64,000 nucleotides of DNA from Blepharisma stoltei ATCC 30299 (GCA_965603825.1 CBFDEM010000024.1:310001-374000), one strand, 5' to 3'. Shown: positions 35,358-48,805, counted from the first letter of the stretch. Translations and numbers: made by a program. Notes: a model not told the origin generated them from the letters alone.

Positions 35358-37682
35358 ATGATGAACGAAACAGAAATTCATGCAATTCTTAAGCATACTC
35401 TAGATCAAAACAACATCTGCTATAATGTCCCTGAATTCCCATTCTCATGCGTTCCTGGCTACATAAAGCAGCAGCTCGGCCCAGAAGCAATAATTTTCGG
35501 ATCCCAATATCCCCTTCTAAAACATTACATCGCTCTCCGTATAATTCAAAACCAACTCCATCTGACTTTCATTGAGACCAAATTCATCGTCCCTGCTTCT
35601 GGGTACTCTCACTTGCTTGAACTCTGCAACAAATTAAACGAAAAAAGAACAACAGGCAAATTCATAATCGTCCAGCACCCAAAGCCGCAAAGACTTGGGA
35701 CCGAACCCCGCTTTCTGATAGCTATGTCCTTTTCTATCACTCTTGCGTATGAAACAATAAAGCATTTCATTCAAACCTATTTCTTAATCATGCTTTATAA
35801 ACTGGAAGAAGACTACAAAATCCAAGCCAGTGAATTGATGATCCCTTTTTTGGCGAAAATGCAAATTAGCCTTACTAAAATTGTCACTAGTAATATTGGA
35901 AAAAATATACCAAAAGAAGAAGCCTGCAGGGCTGTAAAAGCAGTGCTGAATGGAATTGGGTTCAGGATGATAAGAGAAAAAATTACAATCAGAGGAATTG
36001 ACACATTTAATTGTTTTTTGGTCGCAATTTCAACTGAAGATAAATCTAAAGGAAACAGAGAGTGAAGCTTGTTTCCGGCATTTATTGAGGTTGGAGACGT
36101 TACAATTGCAATTAAAATTGTTTTTGCTATAAACAGCGAAATTTATTCAGCTAATGACCCAGTGATACAGTCGAAGTATTTCCAATTTGATAATTATATA
36201 AATCATGAGCTCAAGAGAGGAACTTTCAAGTTCAAAAGTCCAGAAAATAGGATTCTGATGGAGCATAGCGTAATATATGCAACACTGAATTTTCATGAAA
36301 TCTGCTCAGTTATCAACGATACGATGTCCTACATGACTCATATTTTTGGAAGATATAGCTATGGGCTGTATTTAATAAAAAAGGGCTATGCTTATGAAGG
36401 GAGCCAAAGATCTTCTGACGAGAGATATCCTGAAATTTATAAAATTGTACGAAGATGTGATAGAGAGAATGAGAATATAACTTACACTGGTCTCTGCATT
36501 GACATAACAAACCCTCAAACTGTTATAACTCGGGCCCCAGATTCTTATGTCACACATGATTTCAACAATAGAGAATTTGAAATCGAGACTACTTTGCTTC
36601 AAAGGCTGCTCGATGTAAAAGGTTTTGAGTTTATCACTATCAGCAAAGAAAGTACAAGAATCACTTACCCAATCTGAAGTTGCTATACAATTGAAGAAGG
36701 ACTAACTAGACTTAAAGGTGAACGTGTCTATAAAGCTATTGAAGAGCTCTTTGTAAATTCTGCCAAAGCTGGAGTTTTATTTTCAGAATTACCCATTTCT
36801 TCAATCAAAGTTTACAAGCACCGTAGTGTGGTTTTTGCTTATATAAACCAATACCCATACCACAAGCTTGGAATTTTGATAAACTATTCTGTTGACATGC
36901 TTCATGAAGTTATATGCAGAGTCAATAAAGACATACAAAGCCAAGCATATGCTTGTCTAGCTATAGCAAGAAAAATCCAGCCAATTTCGATAGACTATAT
37001 CCCTCCTGATAGTTTTTACCCTTCTTTGGAAGATGGCGATGCAGATATCAGAAATATTGATCTCGCAGGAATGAAAGTGGAATTAATACCATTTGATGAA
37101 AAAGATATCCCGAGCTTTAACATTCACAAATGTCTGATTCATCCTCACATAATCTCAACTTTAGGAAGAACTTCTGTCAAAGGTAAACAATATGTGGTCT
37201 TAGAAAAGCATTATGAATTTCTTAGCGTGGAACTTACTTTGCAAGAGAAACTAGTTGTGATCGAACAAATTCTCCAAGCTGTCTGCTTTTTAAAGCTGAA
37301 AAATGTAGATTTTAAAGTAATTCTACCAGAGCAATTGTATTTGACACTAAAGAAAAAAGCAAAGGTAAGAGTAAATTTTAACCCTCCAGGAATGCATGAG
37401 TGAATGTTTCCAGTTCAGACCACAGGGGCAGACGCATATTCCATAGCGCTCCTTATTTATTTTATACTGATTGGAAAGACCCCTTATCAAGAGTTGCAAG
37501 GGAAAATGGGAGTTGAAGAAATATTAAAAGATGTAGCAGAAAATCATAGAAGACCTATAGTTCCATGGGAATTTGAGTACAATCATCCTGATTTGACCCA
37601 GACGATAAGAGATTACTGGGTCCTACAGCCTTATACATTTGAGCAAATGAGAGAAACATTTGCTAGACTCTCAGTTAGTTAA
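35358..37682 (+). CDS. 774-aa protein: two putative YbjN/T3SS-chaperone-like domains + C-terminal pseudokinase
   Basis: Four track ORFs (35277, 36069, 36828, 37404) are one frame joined by TGA=Trp. The C-terminus has kinase-lobe motifs (HPHIISTLG, ADAYSIALLIYFILIGKTPY, RRP) but no HRD or DFG. The domain call is by eye. Confidence 0.72.
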
Positions 37683-37779
37683 TTGATTTTTTGTAATAGT
37701 CCTTAAAATGTCCTATTTCATATTTTAGATTATTTGAAAGATAATTCTATTTAAATATTTTTAAATAGAAATAATTATT

Positions 37780-40700
37780 TTATTGGACTTTCTTGTGGTC
37801 TGCTGGTGAAATTTTTTCCATTAAAAAGCTTGCTAAATGCAGTGGAGCCCATGAAATAAGTGTAATAATCACTACTTTCCATACGAATTCTCCAGAAAAT
37901 AAATAATATAAATCAAAATATGATTTCAAAGCTAGCATGCTCGAAGTATAAAGGATAAGTGTTACAACCTCAGATACGCCCATAGCCCAGTGGAACTTGT
38001 CGATTTCTGTCATTACGTTTAATAGCTCAGTCAAAATTAATGCAGAAAATGTAATAACAACTATGTTAAAGAAACTGTTATCAGGGAACAAAACTAAAGT
38101 CATGATAATGATAACTGAACCTTGATAAAAGCTTTTGAAAATGCACACACAAAATGAAGTAAATCTCATCAGTTTCCTCGTCTGCAAAGATTCATATAGC
38201 ACTGGATATCTCATGATTGAGTGAATATCAGCATCTTCATCCAAAACTAAAGAAAACACAGGCAGCATTGTATAAATTGTGGTATAGCCAAGCATTAGCA
38301 TCCCGTTGTAAATTGGAATTGCAGAGAAGAAAAATATGCATGTAAATAAAGCTTGGATAAAGGAAATAATAAGTCCTCTGTGGAAAACAAAATAGCTTAA
38401 TTTCGCTGTGCGCTTATAAGAAAGTCTTCCATGCCATAGCACTAATCTGGATAAAGAGTTAAATCTTGATATTGAAAAATCTGCTGCTAGTGAAGCTTGC
38501 TTGCCTTCTTTGCCTTCAATTCCGATTCCAATGTGAGCTGATTGTATCATGCCAACATCATTTCCTCCGTCCCCAATTGAGCAAATTCGTTTATCAGTGA
38601 ACTCCTTAAGTGCTTCTACAATCTGTGCTTTCTGTGTTGGTGCAACTCTACAGCACACAACTGAAGGAGCAAGACAGGCAGACTCAATAAATTCTTTTCT
38701 AAATTCTGACAGCACTATATTCAGCGTAGATCCATCAATAACTAAGACTTTTGACCTGTCGCTAGGCATTATTTTGGTGTTCGCTTTCGCAAACTCATCA
38801 AGTTTTCCTAAAATTTGTTCTTTCGGTAGGTTAATCATTTCAAAGTAGTCTTCTTCACGTGATTTTAATTTGGTAGAAATTGCGATGCACTCTGCAGTTT
38901 CTACTTTGTCTCCAGTTAAAATCCAAACTTTGATTCCTGCATCTCTTAAGCTCTCAATTGTATCAGCAACATTTTCTTGTAGCTTGTCTTCAACGCCAGT
39001 AACACCTAAAGCTTCCATGTTGACTTCTAATTTGTCAATGACTTCTCTTTCTTTTTCTTCTCTGTTTTCTATGCACAGGCTTACTTTTTTGAATTCTTTT
39101 TCCCATTCTTTGTACTCATTTAAGGTCAGGATTTTTTGGGCGATTATTAGGGTTCTTAAGCCTTCTCTTGCTAAGTTTTCGCATTCTTCAAGGACTCTGA
39201 CAGCGTCTTTTTGAGAAATTTTTGTCTTCATGATGTCCTCAGCACCTTTTAGATAAAAAAGAACATCTGTTGAGCTAGGGTGCTGTAAAAGAATCCCCAT
39301 ACGTTTTCTTGCAGAAGAAAAAGGAAAGATCCTGAGGATTGAGTATCTCTCTGTAACACCTTTTGATAAGGTTAGCTGAATATAGTCTTGGCCTCTTAAA
39401 GATAAATTTAGCCCAGAATCTTTCGCAAACTTGACTAAAGCTATTTCATCAGGAGAGCTGGCTTGATAAATAGTTTCCCCAGCCTCAGTCACAGGACTTA
39501 CATTGTGGCATAGAGCTAAAGCTTTGACCATCTTCTTGATATTTTCTGCTCTATCATATTTGTATTTGTTTTCAAGACTTGTCAGAGTTTTTAAGAATTT
39601 AAATTCTTCCATTGAAAATTTGTCTTCTACTGCATATCTTCCATCAACAATGCTGATCTTTTTCAGACTCATTTCATTTCTTGTCAAAGTCCCGGTTTTA
39701 TCACTTAAAATGTATTGGATTCTTCCCAACTCTTCAGGGATATTTGAATTTCTTGCTATTGTGTTAGGAATATCAGTATCCCTAGGTATTAAATAGCAGT
39801 ATAATATTTTTGCCATATCTAAATTCACTCTTAAGCTGATAGGGATAATTGACGATAATAATAACAAATATCTAAAGAAAAGAAGATAAAAGGTTGAGGT
39901 GATCCCTGACATAATGACCATCACAATAGAAATCACAACCATCAATCCAAATAACAATTTTGATAAAAAATTCAGCTCGTCATCACAGATTCCAAATTTT
40001 AGTGAAGGAATATTGGAATTCATGACACTTCGAGTCTCTTTCCCAGTATAAACTACAATTCCAATAGCAGTTCCACAAGTAAGCACTGTGCTTGACCAAA
40101 GCGTATGCTCCAAACTTAGAGGCTCATTATACTCGCCTCCATTCTCCAGCTCTGCTGTGAACACGCCTGTAAATGCATAAATGTTTTTATGAGGAGTTTC
40201 TGCAGTAACTGAAGCCCTCATTTTACAAAATTGCTCTTTGGGTGCGTTTTGTGTATATGCAATAGCTTTTCTTAGTTTTCAATCGGTTTCCCCATCCAAT
40301 TGGTCAGTTCTAATAAAAACAGTGCCAGAGACTTCACTTGTATAGATCAATACCATATCAGCAGGGATCCTTTCATTGGCTTTAATTTCAATTAAATGCC
40401 CAACCTTAATATCTTGTGCTTTTACGTCAATTCTGCCTTCTTTTGTAATTCTTGTGAAAATTTGGTTGTTTATTTCCTGGTCTCTTTTTCATCTCACTAT
40501 GTCATCGTAAGCTTCTTTTATGATTGTAATACATAAAACGAAAGCTAAAGGAGCTATGTACGTGAAAAGGAAACCTACTTGTAATGGAGGAAAGAATTGG
40601 GATACGGTAATCATTAAATAGAAAAGGTTGAAGAAATACTTGAATTGCTGATACAGAACTACTGGAACTATTGTTAGAAGGTTGTATTTGGTATTTTTTA

Positions 40701-40812
40701 AAGAATTTGGAGGAAATTTGCGGGGTTTTGTTTCTCCATCAAGCTGGATGTAGCGAAGAGACTTTTCTTTTGGCTTCTTTTTGCTCAGAAGTCCTTCTTT
40801 AAGATCGTCCAT
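37780..40812 (-). CDS. ATP9: P4-ATPase phospholipid flippase, ATP9/Neo1 subfamily, 1010 aa
   Basis: DQLDGETDW(TGA 40279-81)KLRK, PISLRVNLD, DKTGTLT, TGDK and GDGGNDVGMIQ are ATP9/Neo1 signatures. Confidence 0.95.
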
Positions 40813-41343
40813 ATTATTTGATGGATCAAAGATTTAAGACTTTATCATATTGAATTAAACGAGATTTTAAGTAAATTACTGATGACTAGGCTACTTTTTT
40901 ATTGTGAAAATGAGGCAATTAAAATATAAAAACTGTTGTAATAAATAGAATATAACTTTAATTTAGAAAAAAATAAGGCAATTAAATACTTACAAATTTA
41001 ATTTTAATTGAAATTTATTGAATAATTTTAGATAGATTTTATTATCAAAGCATTTTAAAATCATATAAATGATAAAATATTTTGTTATAATTAAAAACAA
41101 ATTTATTTTTACTATCTATTCTCCAGGGTGTTTATGATCCTTGAATATATAAGCTCATAATTTTTTTATTAACTTAAATTTAGGTGTAATATATTATCCT
41201 GCAAAAGCGTATTATTACTCCAATAAGCTAAAATCAATTCTACAAATTATTGCTAGAAACAGCAATAGCTTTTATGGTTTGATTAGTAAAATATTTTTTT
41301 AGTTATTCTTTATTCAAAGCAAATTAAAAACTTTTAATAAGCA

Positions 41344-42750
41344 TTAATTTATAGGAACTTTATCGTAATTTTGATTTCCTTCTTTTACACAGGAAATATA
41401 TGGATTTTCTTCTGTATCTGGCTGCTCAAGCATTTTTCTTAGAACAACCAATAAAAATGGGATCATTATTCCACAAACACCAATAATAAGTCACATCTTT
41501 TCACAGTTATTTTCTCCGTTCTCAGGGCAATACACTTCCAATAAACTACCAGAAAATACTCCAGTCACAATCATTCCGAAATAAAATGGGCAATTGCATA
41601 AAGCCAAGTAGGTTCCTTCTTCCCCTTTTGGTGCAATTCTCATTGTATAGTCTAGTAGTCTCGGAACCCATAGGCTTTCACCAGCAGACACAACAATAAC
41701 AAAACAAATATAATAAAAATTGCTCCCACCTATCACCAAAAATAAAGGTGAAATTGATCCTATAAAGCCTCCAGCTAAAATTAGAGAATAGCTGGAAAAT
41801 TGATAGGAAAGCGGTGTAAATCCAATTGTGCAAATAAGCATTGTTGTTGAGTGCAGAGCTAAGTATGCTCCAAAATGGGCTTTTTCTCCTTCTTGCCTTG
41901 TAAGATACTTCGGAAAAGTTGCATCTAACTGTCCAAAGCACCCACTTCTGAGTAAAATCAATAATCCAATTAATGCAGAGAATCTTCAAAATTTCTTTTT
42001 TATATACAAATCTCTTGTAAAAGCTATTTCTTCCTCTTCTTCCTCATTTTCGATAGGCTGTCTCATAGATATTGCTATAAATAAGGATAATCCTGCAGCA
42101 ATTGCAGCGGTGCTATAAATAGCGAAATAAGTTGTGTTTAAATTGCTGTTGTTTGTCCATATAAAATCAATAGCAGTTCCAGCCAAAATCCCAGAGACAA
42201 AATTTCCCATCATTAATAATGAATTGCTTGTATTTCTTGCTTCTTTGGCTGTATATAATTTAGCACCTAATTCAACAACAGATCATGACATTGCGCAACC
42301 AACAGTTAAAAAACATATAACTCCAATTAGGTTTATTGCAAGATTTCTGGTCACCAGGAGGAGTGTATAGCCAATAAAGGTACACCCACTTGATATGATT
42401 AAGGACTGTTTACATCCTAACTTATTGACAAATGGACCAAGAATAATAGCCAAAATCCCTACCACAATGCCGACAACGCCAAAAACAATTCCTGCTCCAG
42501 TATCAGATGCACCTTGCTGCTGAGAGAAATAAAGAGGAATCATTGTCGTCAAAATGTAATAGTCTAAACTTAGCATGATATTAATAAAAAACAATGAAAA
42601 AAGTTCTCACTCTGAATGCTGGATAATCCTAAGCGAGTTTTTGAATTGCTCTCATGATGAGTCTTCAGCAGGTTCTGGCTTGTTTTTGAGCTTTTTAATT
42701 AATTGCTTTGTCTCATAAATTTCATCTGCATATGATTTTGGCAAATCCAT
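41344..42750 (-). CDS. MFS transporter, POT/peptide-transporter-like, 468 aa
   Basis: ATG 42750; track fragments are in one frame via TGA and end at TAA 41344-41346. About 12 TM segments; GESLWVPR...IAPKGEEGTY motif. Confidence 0.8.
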
Positions 42751-43058
42751 CTTTATAGTCGTTTTGTTTAAATAAGCAATATTAAAATTTTTAATAATAC
42801 TAAACCCAAATTTTTGCTTTTTATAAATATTTATGAGTGAAATTTAACCAAAATATAGTTTATGATTTAAGAAATAAATGGCAAAATATAATGCAATTTG
42901 AGATAGACATATTGAAATGCACAAAAATCATAGCACCTTTTATTTTTTAAATTTGGAGTTGAATTTTAGACCGAATTTTCAATTATTTTGTTAGAAATAT
43001 AAATAAAAATGGTGATTTTATAATTGCTACTCAAATGCAGTTAATCAATTTAAATAAT

Positions 43059-44660
43059 TTAAGGCGATTTATCTTTTATATCTGTGTAAACTTTCTGCAA
43101 GAGACTTAAAGTTTCTCCATTTTTCTCAGCTTGCTCCTGTATATTTTTTACCGTATTTAATAGCGTAACAAAATCAGTGAAAGTGACTACTCCTGCTCTA
43201 AATGGATCTACAATTGAATTGTATTTTTCTATGTTTTCTTCAATATTTAATCTTGACAGAAGTCCTTGAAATTGAGAAATATTAAGAATTCCGTTGTGAT
43301 CTTCATCAAACTCATTGAAATATCCTACGATTGGCTTTAAGTATGACTCATAGCCTGCTATTTGAAATTCTTGCACTACTTGCATCAGTTTAATGAATGA
43401 AACTTTTGGCTTTTTTTGCTTATTTGTAGGTGAGGAAACAACAGGGGAATTCTGGGATAATAAGTCTTGCAAATACTCAGCATCGCTGCGGGAATAAAGC
43501 CCAGAAACTATTGTAGCTCACTCGTCTTCTTCGAGCTCACCATTAGATTTTTCGATAACTAGCTCTTTGACAGCTTTTTCTTGCATATAAGGGAATTTAG
43601 CTTTTAAATGCTGCTTCAGGATATCTAACGCTTTATCTTTGACTTGCTTTAAAACTATCTGAAATTCTTCATCTATCTCATTTTTCAATATTTTTCCAAA
43701 AAGTGAAACTTCTGTATCATTATTGTATTTTATTATAGCTTTATTCATAGCACTTTCCATTTCAGTCGTGATTGACTATTTTGAAATTACCTTTAAGCCA
43801 TATTTTTTATATAAGTAAGAGTGCATAAATTGTTCTAGAGTTTCTCGCGGCTGCCTATTTTCAATGCATTTTAGATCATATTTCAATTTGTTGTCATATA
43901 ATTCCTCTATCAGATCTTTAGTTTGTTTTAACGTCAAATCTCGAATTTGGCTAGTCATTAATACTTTAGCGAATGGCTTCAAGGGGCTGAAAGGTTTAAG
44001 TTCTCTTGCTGCTTCTTTTTTTGCGATATTTGAAATTTGAATAGAGCTTTCTGCACTCTGCTTGGACAATTTAATAATTTTTTCTAAAAATTTTTTGTTT
44101 TCTGTTTCCAGCTGTGCAATTGTTTCTTGGTTTTCATTTCTAGCCCTATCTACTTCAATTTTGAGTTCGTCTCTTTCAAAAGTTAAAGTCTATGTTAACC
44201 ATACTTTCACTGCATTTTCTAGCGCTTCTGCTGCTACTAGTACGTCTTCTATTTCTTTTGCTTGGGTTTTCAAGCTTAATTCAAGCTTTAGCTTCTCGTT
44301 CATTGTTTTTGATAACTTTTGTGCTATGGTCTCGAATAAACATTTTAATTCTTCAACTGCTTGTTTTAAGATTTTCCCGCTGGCTGGCTTAGAGAAATTC
44401 ATGTAGCTGGCGATTTTGTCTATACAAAACTCAAAAAGTGAAAATTTTGCTTGTAAAACATTGATTTCGAGCAATTCATCAGGTGCATCCACTGATAATT
44501 GGTTTGTGAGGTCAGTCATGGAATTTCTCAAATGATTTTCTAAATCGTCTGAAAGAAGCTTATCTAATGAAGGATCTTTATCTTTATAAAGCACTCTTAT
44601 GACATCATAAATATCAGCAACTTTTTCAAGATCCTCTTGGGTTAAATTTAGAACTGACAT
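43059..44660 (-). CDS. Coiled-coil + C-terminal EF-hand protein (TSNAXIP1-like), ~518 aa
   Basis: Introns 44190-44204, 43776-43790 and probably 43137-43151 (all 15 nt). ETLEQFMHSYLYKKYGLK and VSLFGKILKNEIDEE resemble the TSNAXIP1 family; EF-hand FDEDHNGILNISQF. Confidence 0.75.
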
Positions 44661-45033
44661 TCTTTATTAATTATATGATATTTTTAATACAATAGTGAAA
44701 ACCAAAAAGAAGTTATTATTTTTTTAAATATTTATTATGAGGAAAAATGATTTTTTCTTTCTTGGTCAATAAAAATATAAAAAAGAAGATCAGTTGAATG
44801 CATTGGAATATTTAATAGCTATTAATAAAAGTGGAAGAATAATATTAATATTTAATTTAATTAATTACAAAAAAGCTGATACTGCCAATTTGCATAACTT
44901 TATTGTTTGCTTTTCAATTCAAGGTGTTTTTTTGAAAAAGAAATAAAAATTGATATAGAATTTCAGTTTTGAAAGAATAAAATTTATTAATTTATATTAA
45001 AGAGACTTCTTGCAATTTTTTTAGAAAACTAAT

Positions 45034-46611
45034 ATGGGATGCTGTCAAACATTTCGGATTGTTGGAATAAACAAAGAGGCTATAGGTCCTCCTTTAAAGA
45101 GAAACAGTCTCATTGCTGATAAAAGTCGTGAATCTATTGATTCATGCGCTGGAGCCGAAGATATAAATACAACATACGATAAAAGGCCTACAGTCCTGAG
45201 TTTCAGGGTCAGAAAATCTTCACTAATTAAAAAGCGATCTGGGACTCTTTTAGATGAATTTAAAATCTTACAGACTTTAGGCTCTGGAGGCTATGGAACT
45301 GTATATAAAGCACAAGATAAATCCTCAGGGCTGCTAAGAGCTGTTAAAGCTATTGATAGATCTAAAATGATCACAGAGCATATACTGACTGAAATAGAGA
45401 ATTTAATTAATGTTGTAAGAAAAACATAGGATCACCCAAATATTGTAAGAATTCTGGAATTTATAGAGGAATCTGACACTTATTACATTATTACTGAGCT
45501 TTGTACAGGATCAAATATTATTGAGAGAATAACCAGCTCAGAAGATTTTAGTGAAAACCAAGCTGCAAAATATATGTTGCAAATTTTTTCAGCTCTTTCC
45601 CATTGTCATAAACTTGGAATTGCTCATAGGGATATAAAACCAGATAATCTCCTTTTGGAGCATCCTGGAGAAAATTCTCTTGTGAAACTGATTGATTTTG
45701 GCCACTCATCAAAAATTATTGAAAACCAAAAATTCACTGAGCTCTTAGGAACTGTAAAAATAATTTAGCCTTATTTTGTTGCGCCTGAAGTTTTGGACAA
45801 GAATTATAACGAAAAGTGCGACTTATGAAGCTGCGGAGTTGTGCTTTTTATCATTCTTATTGGGTATCCTCCTTTTAATGCAAGAGACATAAATGAACTG
45901 TTCAGAAGGATAAGGAAAGGAAAGTTCAAAACAAACACAGAAGAATGGAGAAGTATCTCGACAGAAGCGCAAGATCTTATATTACACTTACTAAAATTAA
46001 ATGTCGAAGAGAGATTTTCTGCGGAACAAGCAATGAATCATAAATGAATCCAACAAAGGGCATTTGGTGCTATCAAAGATAGGCCACTACACATAAGCTG
46101 CTTAACAAGGCTGAAATTTTTTCACGCAAATGTCAAACTAAAGCAAGCAACAATGGCATTTATGGCTACACATTTGGCTGCTGGTGAAGAAACACATCAA
46201 TTGGAAGAGGTTTTCAGGAACATTGATAAAAACGGAGACGGGAAGATCAGCATAGAAGAACTTGAAGCAGGGATTTTAAAAGTGAAGCTTGGAGCATCAT
46301 TAGATGCTAAAGAAATCATGGAGAGGTGTGATATAGATAAAAATGGGTTTATTGACTTTTCAGAATTCATTACAGCTGCAACAGATTGAGAAAGAACTCT
46401 TTCGATATCTAAGCTTGAAAAAGCGTTTAAGGCTTACGATATTGACGGTAGCGGCTCTATTTCTGCTTCCGAACTTCAAGCGTTTTTATCGGCTGACCCT
46501 TCCATAAACTTAGAAGAATGCCAAAAAATTTTAAGTGAAGCTGACATTAATGGGGATGGTGTAATAGATTTCACAGAGTTCATATCTATTATGCGAAACA
46601 AAGCATTTTAA
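45034..46611 (+). CDS. Calcium-dependent protein kinase with four canonical EF-hands, ~515 aa
   Basis: Starts MGCC. Introns 45415-45429 and 45754-45768 restore DHPNI and GTPYFVAPE. EF loops [48 protein letters not shown]. Ends TAA at 46609-46611. Confidence 0.94.
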
Positions 46612-46633
46612 TTTTTTCAAAATTTAATATTAA

Positions 46634-47758
46634 ATGGCAAGTTTTTTAGAAAAAATCTCAGGATTTAGATCTTTATTTGACAATAAAGAAACAATTATAG
46701 AGTTCTCTGAAGGGGTTTCCGTTTGGCTAATATGCTTTGATGAAAATTCATTTAATTGCATTCAAGAGTTTATAAAAACCGTTGAGGAATATAATTATGA
46801 ATGCGAAATTATAGGAGTTGCACTTAGTGATGAAGGTGAAATCAAAAAACTTATCGAGGAAGTTCAAGTGGAAATAGATGTTCTCTATCTTAATAACAAC
46901 GACAAACATATTTTTCGAGAAGAATTGAAAATAAAAGGTATCCCATGATTTATTGGGTTTGAGGGAATCGACGTCGTTTATAGCATGGGAATAATCCCTG
47001 ACTCTTTTCCTTATTCCAAATCCCCAGATCAGCCTATAAGTCCTCAGCTACCATCTGAATCTCAATTCATCCCTAAAATTTCGTTAATGGCAGGCTCAGT
47101 AGAAAGCCCAACTGGATTTTGAACTGAACAATCGCCAACGCTAGAAACTCAGCCAGATTTTAATAATTTAAAAGAAAAAATCTTTACATTAGAAAGGCAA
47201 AACGAAGACTATAAAGTGGAAATTGCGTCGCTGAGATCAATGCTACAAGCAAAAGAAGACCAAATTAGCCAATTGCAAGTTATGCTTGAAGGAGTCCCTA
47301 CTCATGGCGCGACTCGAAATAAAGTTAAAAAAGTAAAAAGGATAAATGAAGTCACCAATAGTTTTCCTCAAGAAGACATAGATTTTTGAAAATCAAGTGA
47401 TGACAATGATATCTATAATGAGGCAGTTAAATTCGAAGATATTGCTGCTTCTAAAAATTTATGAATTATGAATATAGATAAAAAACTTCGTACGAAATCC
47501 CCATCACCTTCATCAAAGCGTTCTACGCCGTCGCCACCTCCATTGAAGCCTCGATCAAAGGGTACTAAAGAGATAGCTTTAAAAAGCTTAAAATTAGCAC
47601 AAGAAAGGCACATGAAAAAGCAGGCAGAAAAAAATCCGATCGGAAGAGATGGTAAGAGACTTCCGTTAATAGTAAATAGAAGCGCAAGCCTGAGAAGAGC
47701 TACAACTCGAAAATTAAACGAAAGCAATAGGGGATCAATTGAAACTAAAAGATTTTAA
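46634..47758 (+). CDS. Protein with degenerate thioredoxin/redoxin-like N-domain, coiled coil and basic tail, 374 aa
   Basis: ORFs 46634 and 47468 are joined in frame through four TGA. IIGVALSD and ELKIKGIPW(TGA)FIGF resemble the redoxin beta-strand and cis-Pro loop; there is no CxxC. Confidence 0.68.
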
Positions 47759-48130
47759 TTTTAATAATTTTTGGATTTAATCAGTTAGTAAGAATCCATA
47801 AATATTTTTTTGCAAAACCGTAGATTTCGCTAAGGTTAAAATAAGTTCTACGAAAATGAAAGATTATTTTATCTTAAATAGTTTGCCAGCAGCCAGATTC
47901 AGAAGTGAAAATAAAGAAAAATGGCAAATCACATGCTTAAGATTGCGGAGTTTTAAATTATATAAGGCTTAATTTAAAAATTTCAGGTCTATACAGCTTT
48001 AATTCAAATCTGAACAATCTTAGTGTATAAAATTAGCATAATCTATTGAGATTATCCTTTTAATATCAAAACTTTTTTAATAGTAATATAATTACGTATC
48101 CTAATAAATCAGACGGAAAGAGGAGAATAT

Positions 48131-48781
48131 ATGGAAGATGGTAATCGGTACCCTACAGATCCTTACGAAATAGGGAACGGAGTTTGAATGATTCCCTGTA
48201 GAATCAATGAATCCAAGCATAAATTTTACCCACTTTTTAAACCTGTATCCAATAATGTGCACTACATTCGATATCCCTGAACTGAAATCGAAGATCAAGC
48301 ACTAATCAGTTTGCTACCTACCAAATGCAGTAAAAAATGAGCGCAAATTGCTAAAGAACTGAATGATAGATTTTATGCAAATAATCGAATACGTAATGGA
48401 AAGCAATGCAGAGAGCGCTGATATAACCATCTCGACCCATCCCTTAAAAAAGGAGGCTGAACACCTGAAGAAGACAATTTCATCATCATTAGACAGCAGG
48501 AAATCGGCAACAAGTGAAGTTTAATTGCCAAAGACTTGCCAGGACGTAACGAAAATAGCGTAAAAAATAGATGAAAAAGCATATCAAAAAAGACCAAAAC
48601 TTGTGATAAAGAAATCGGAATTGATGAGGTGTCTGATATTCTTGTAGATAGCCAAGGTGATTGGAATAGAGAAGTAAATGATGCTGAGCTTGTCGAAGAA
48701 ATAGTACTCGAAAGAATTGATAGTAGTTCTGACTGTGAAAATTACCTAAATATTGAAGATGAAATGATTATTGATTATTAA
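48131..48781 (+). CDS. R2R3-Myb transcription factor, 216 aa (absent from the ORF track)
   Basis: W-TEIED...KKW-AQIA...RNGKQCRERW-YNHLDP..KKGGW-TPEED...GNKW-SLIAKDLPGRNENSVKNRW-; all six Myb Trp are TGA. Acidic tail; ends TAA at 48779-48781. Confidence 0.93.
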
Positions 48782-48805
48782 TAATAAGATTACTCCATTA
48801 TATTT

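Noticed and set aside
38549-39796. Plus-strand ORFs opposite the ATP9 gene, and similar antisense ORFs opposite importin, MFS, Myb and the SPOC gene
   Set aside because: Antisense shadows of real CDSs with S/F/L-rich non-protein-like composition.
40813-41343. Long, very AT-rich spacers (also 8809-9299, 26448-26956, 44661-45033) as retained IESs or MITEs
   Set aside because: I saw no terminal inverted repeats and no CDS in the window is interrupted by an insertion. A MAC versus MIC read comparison would be needed.
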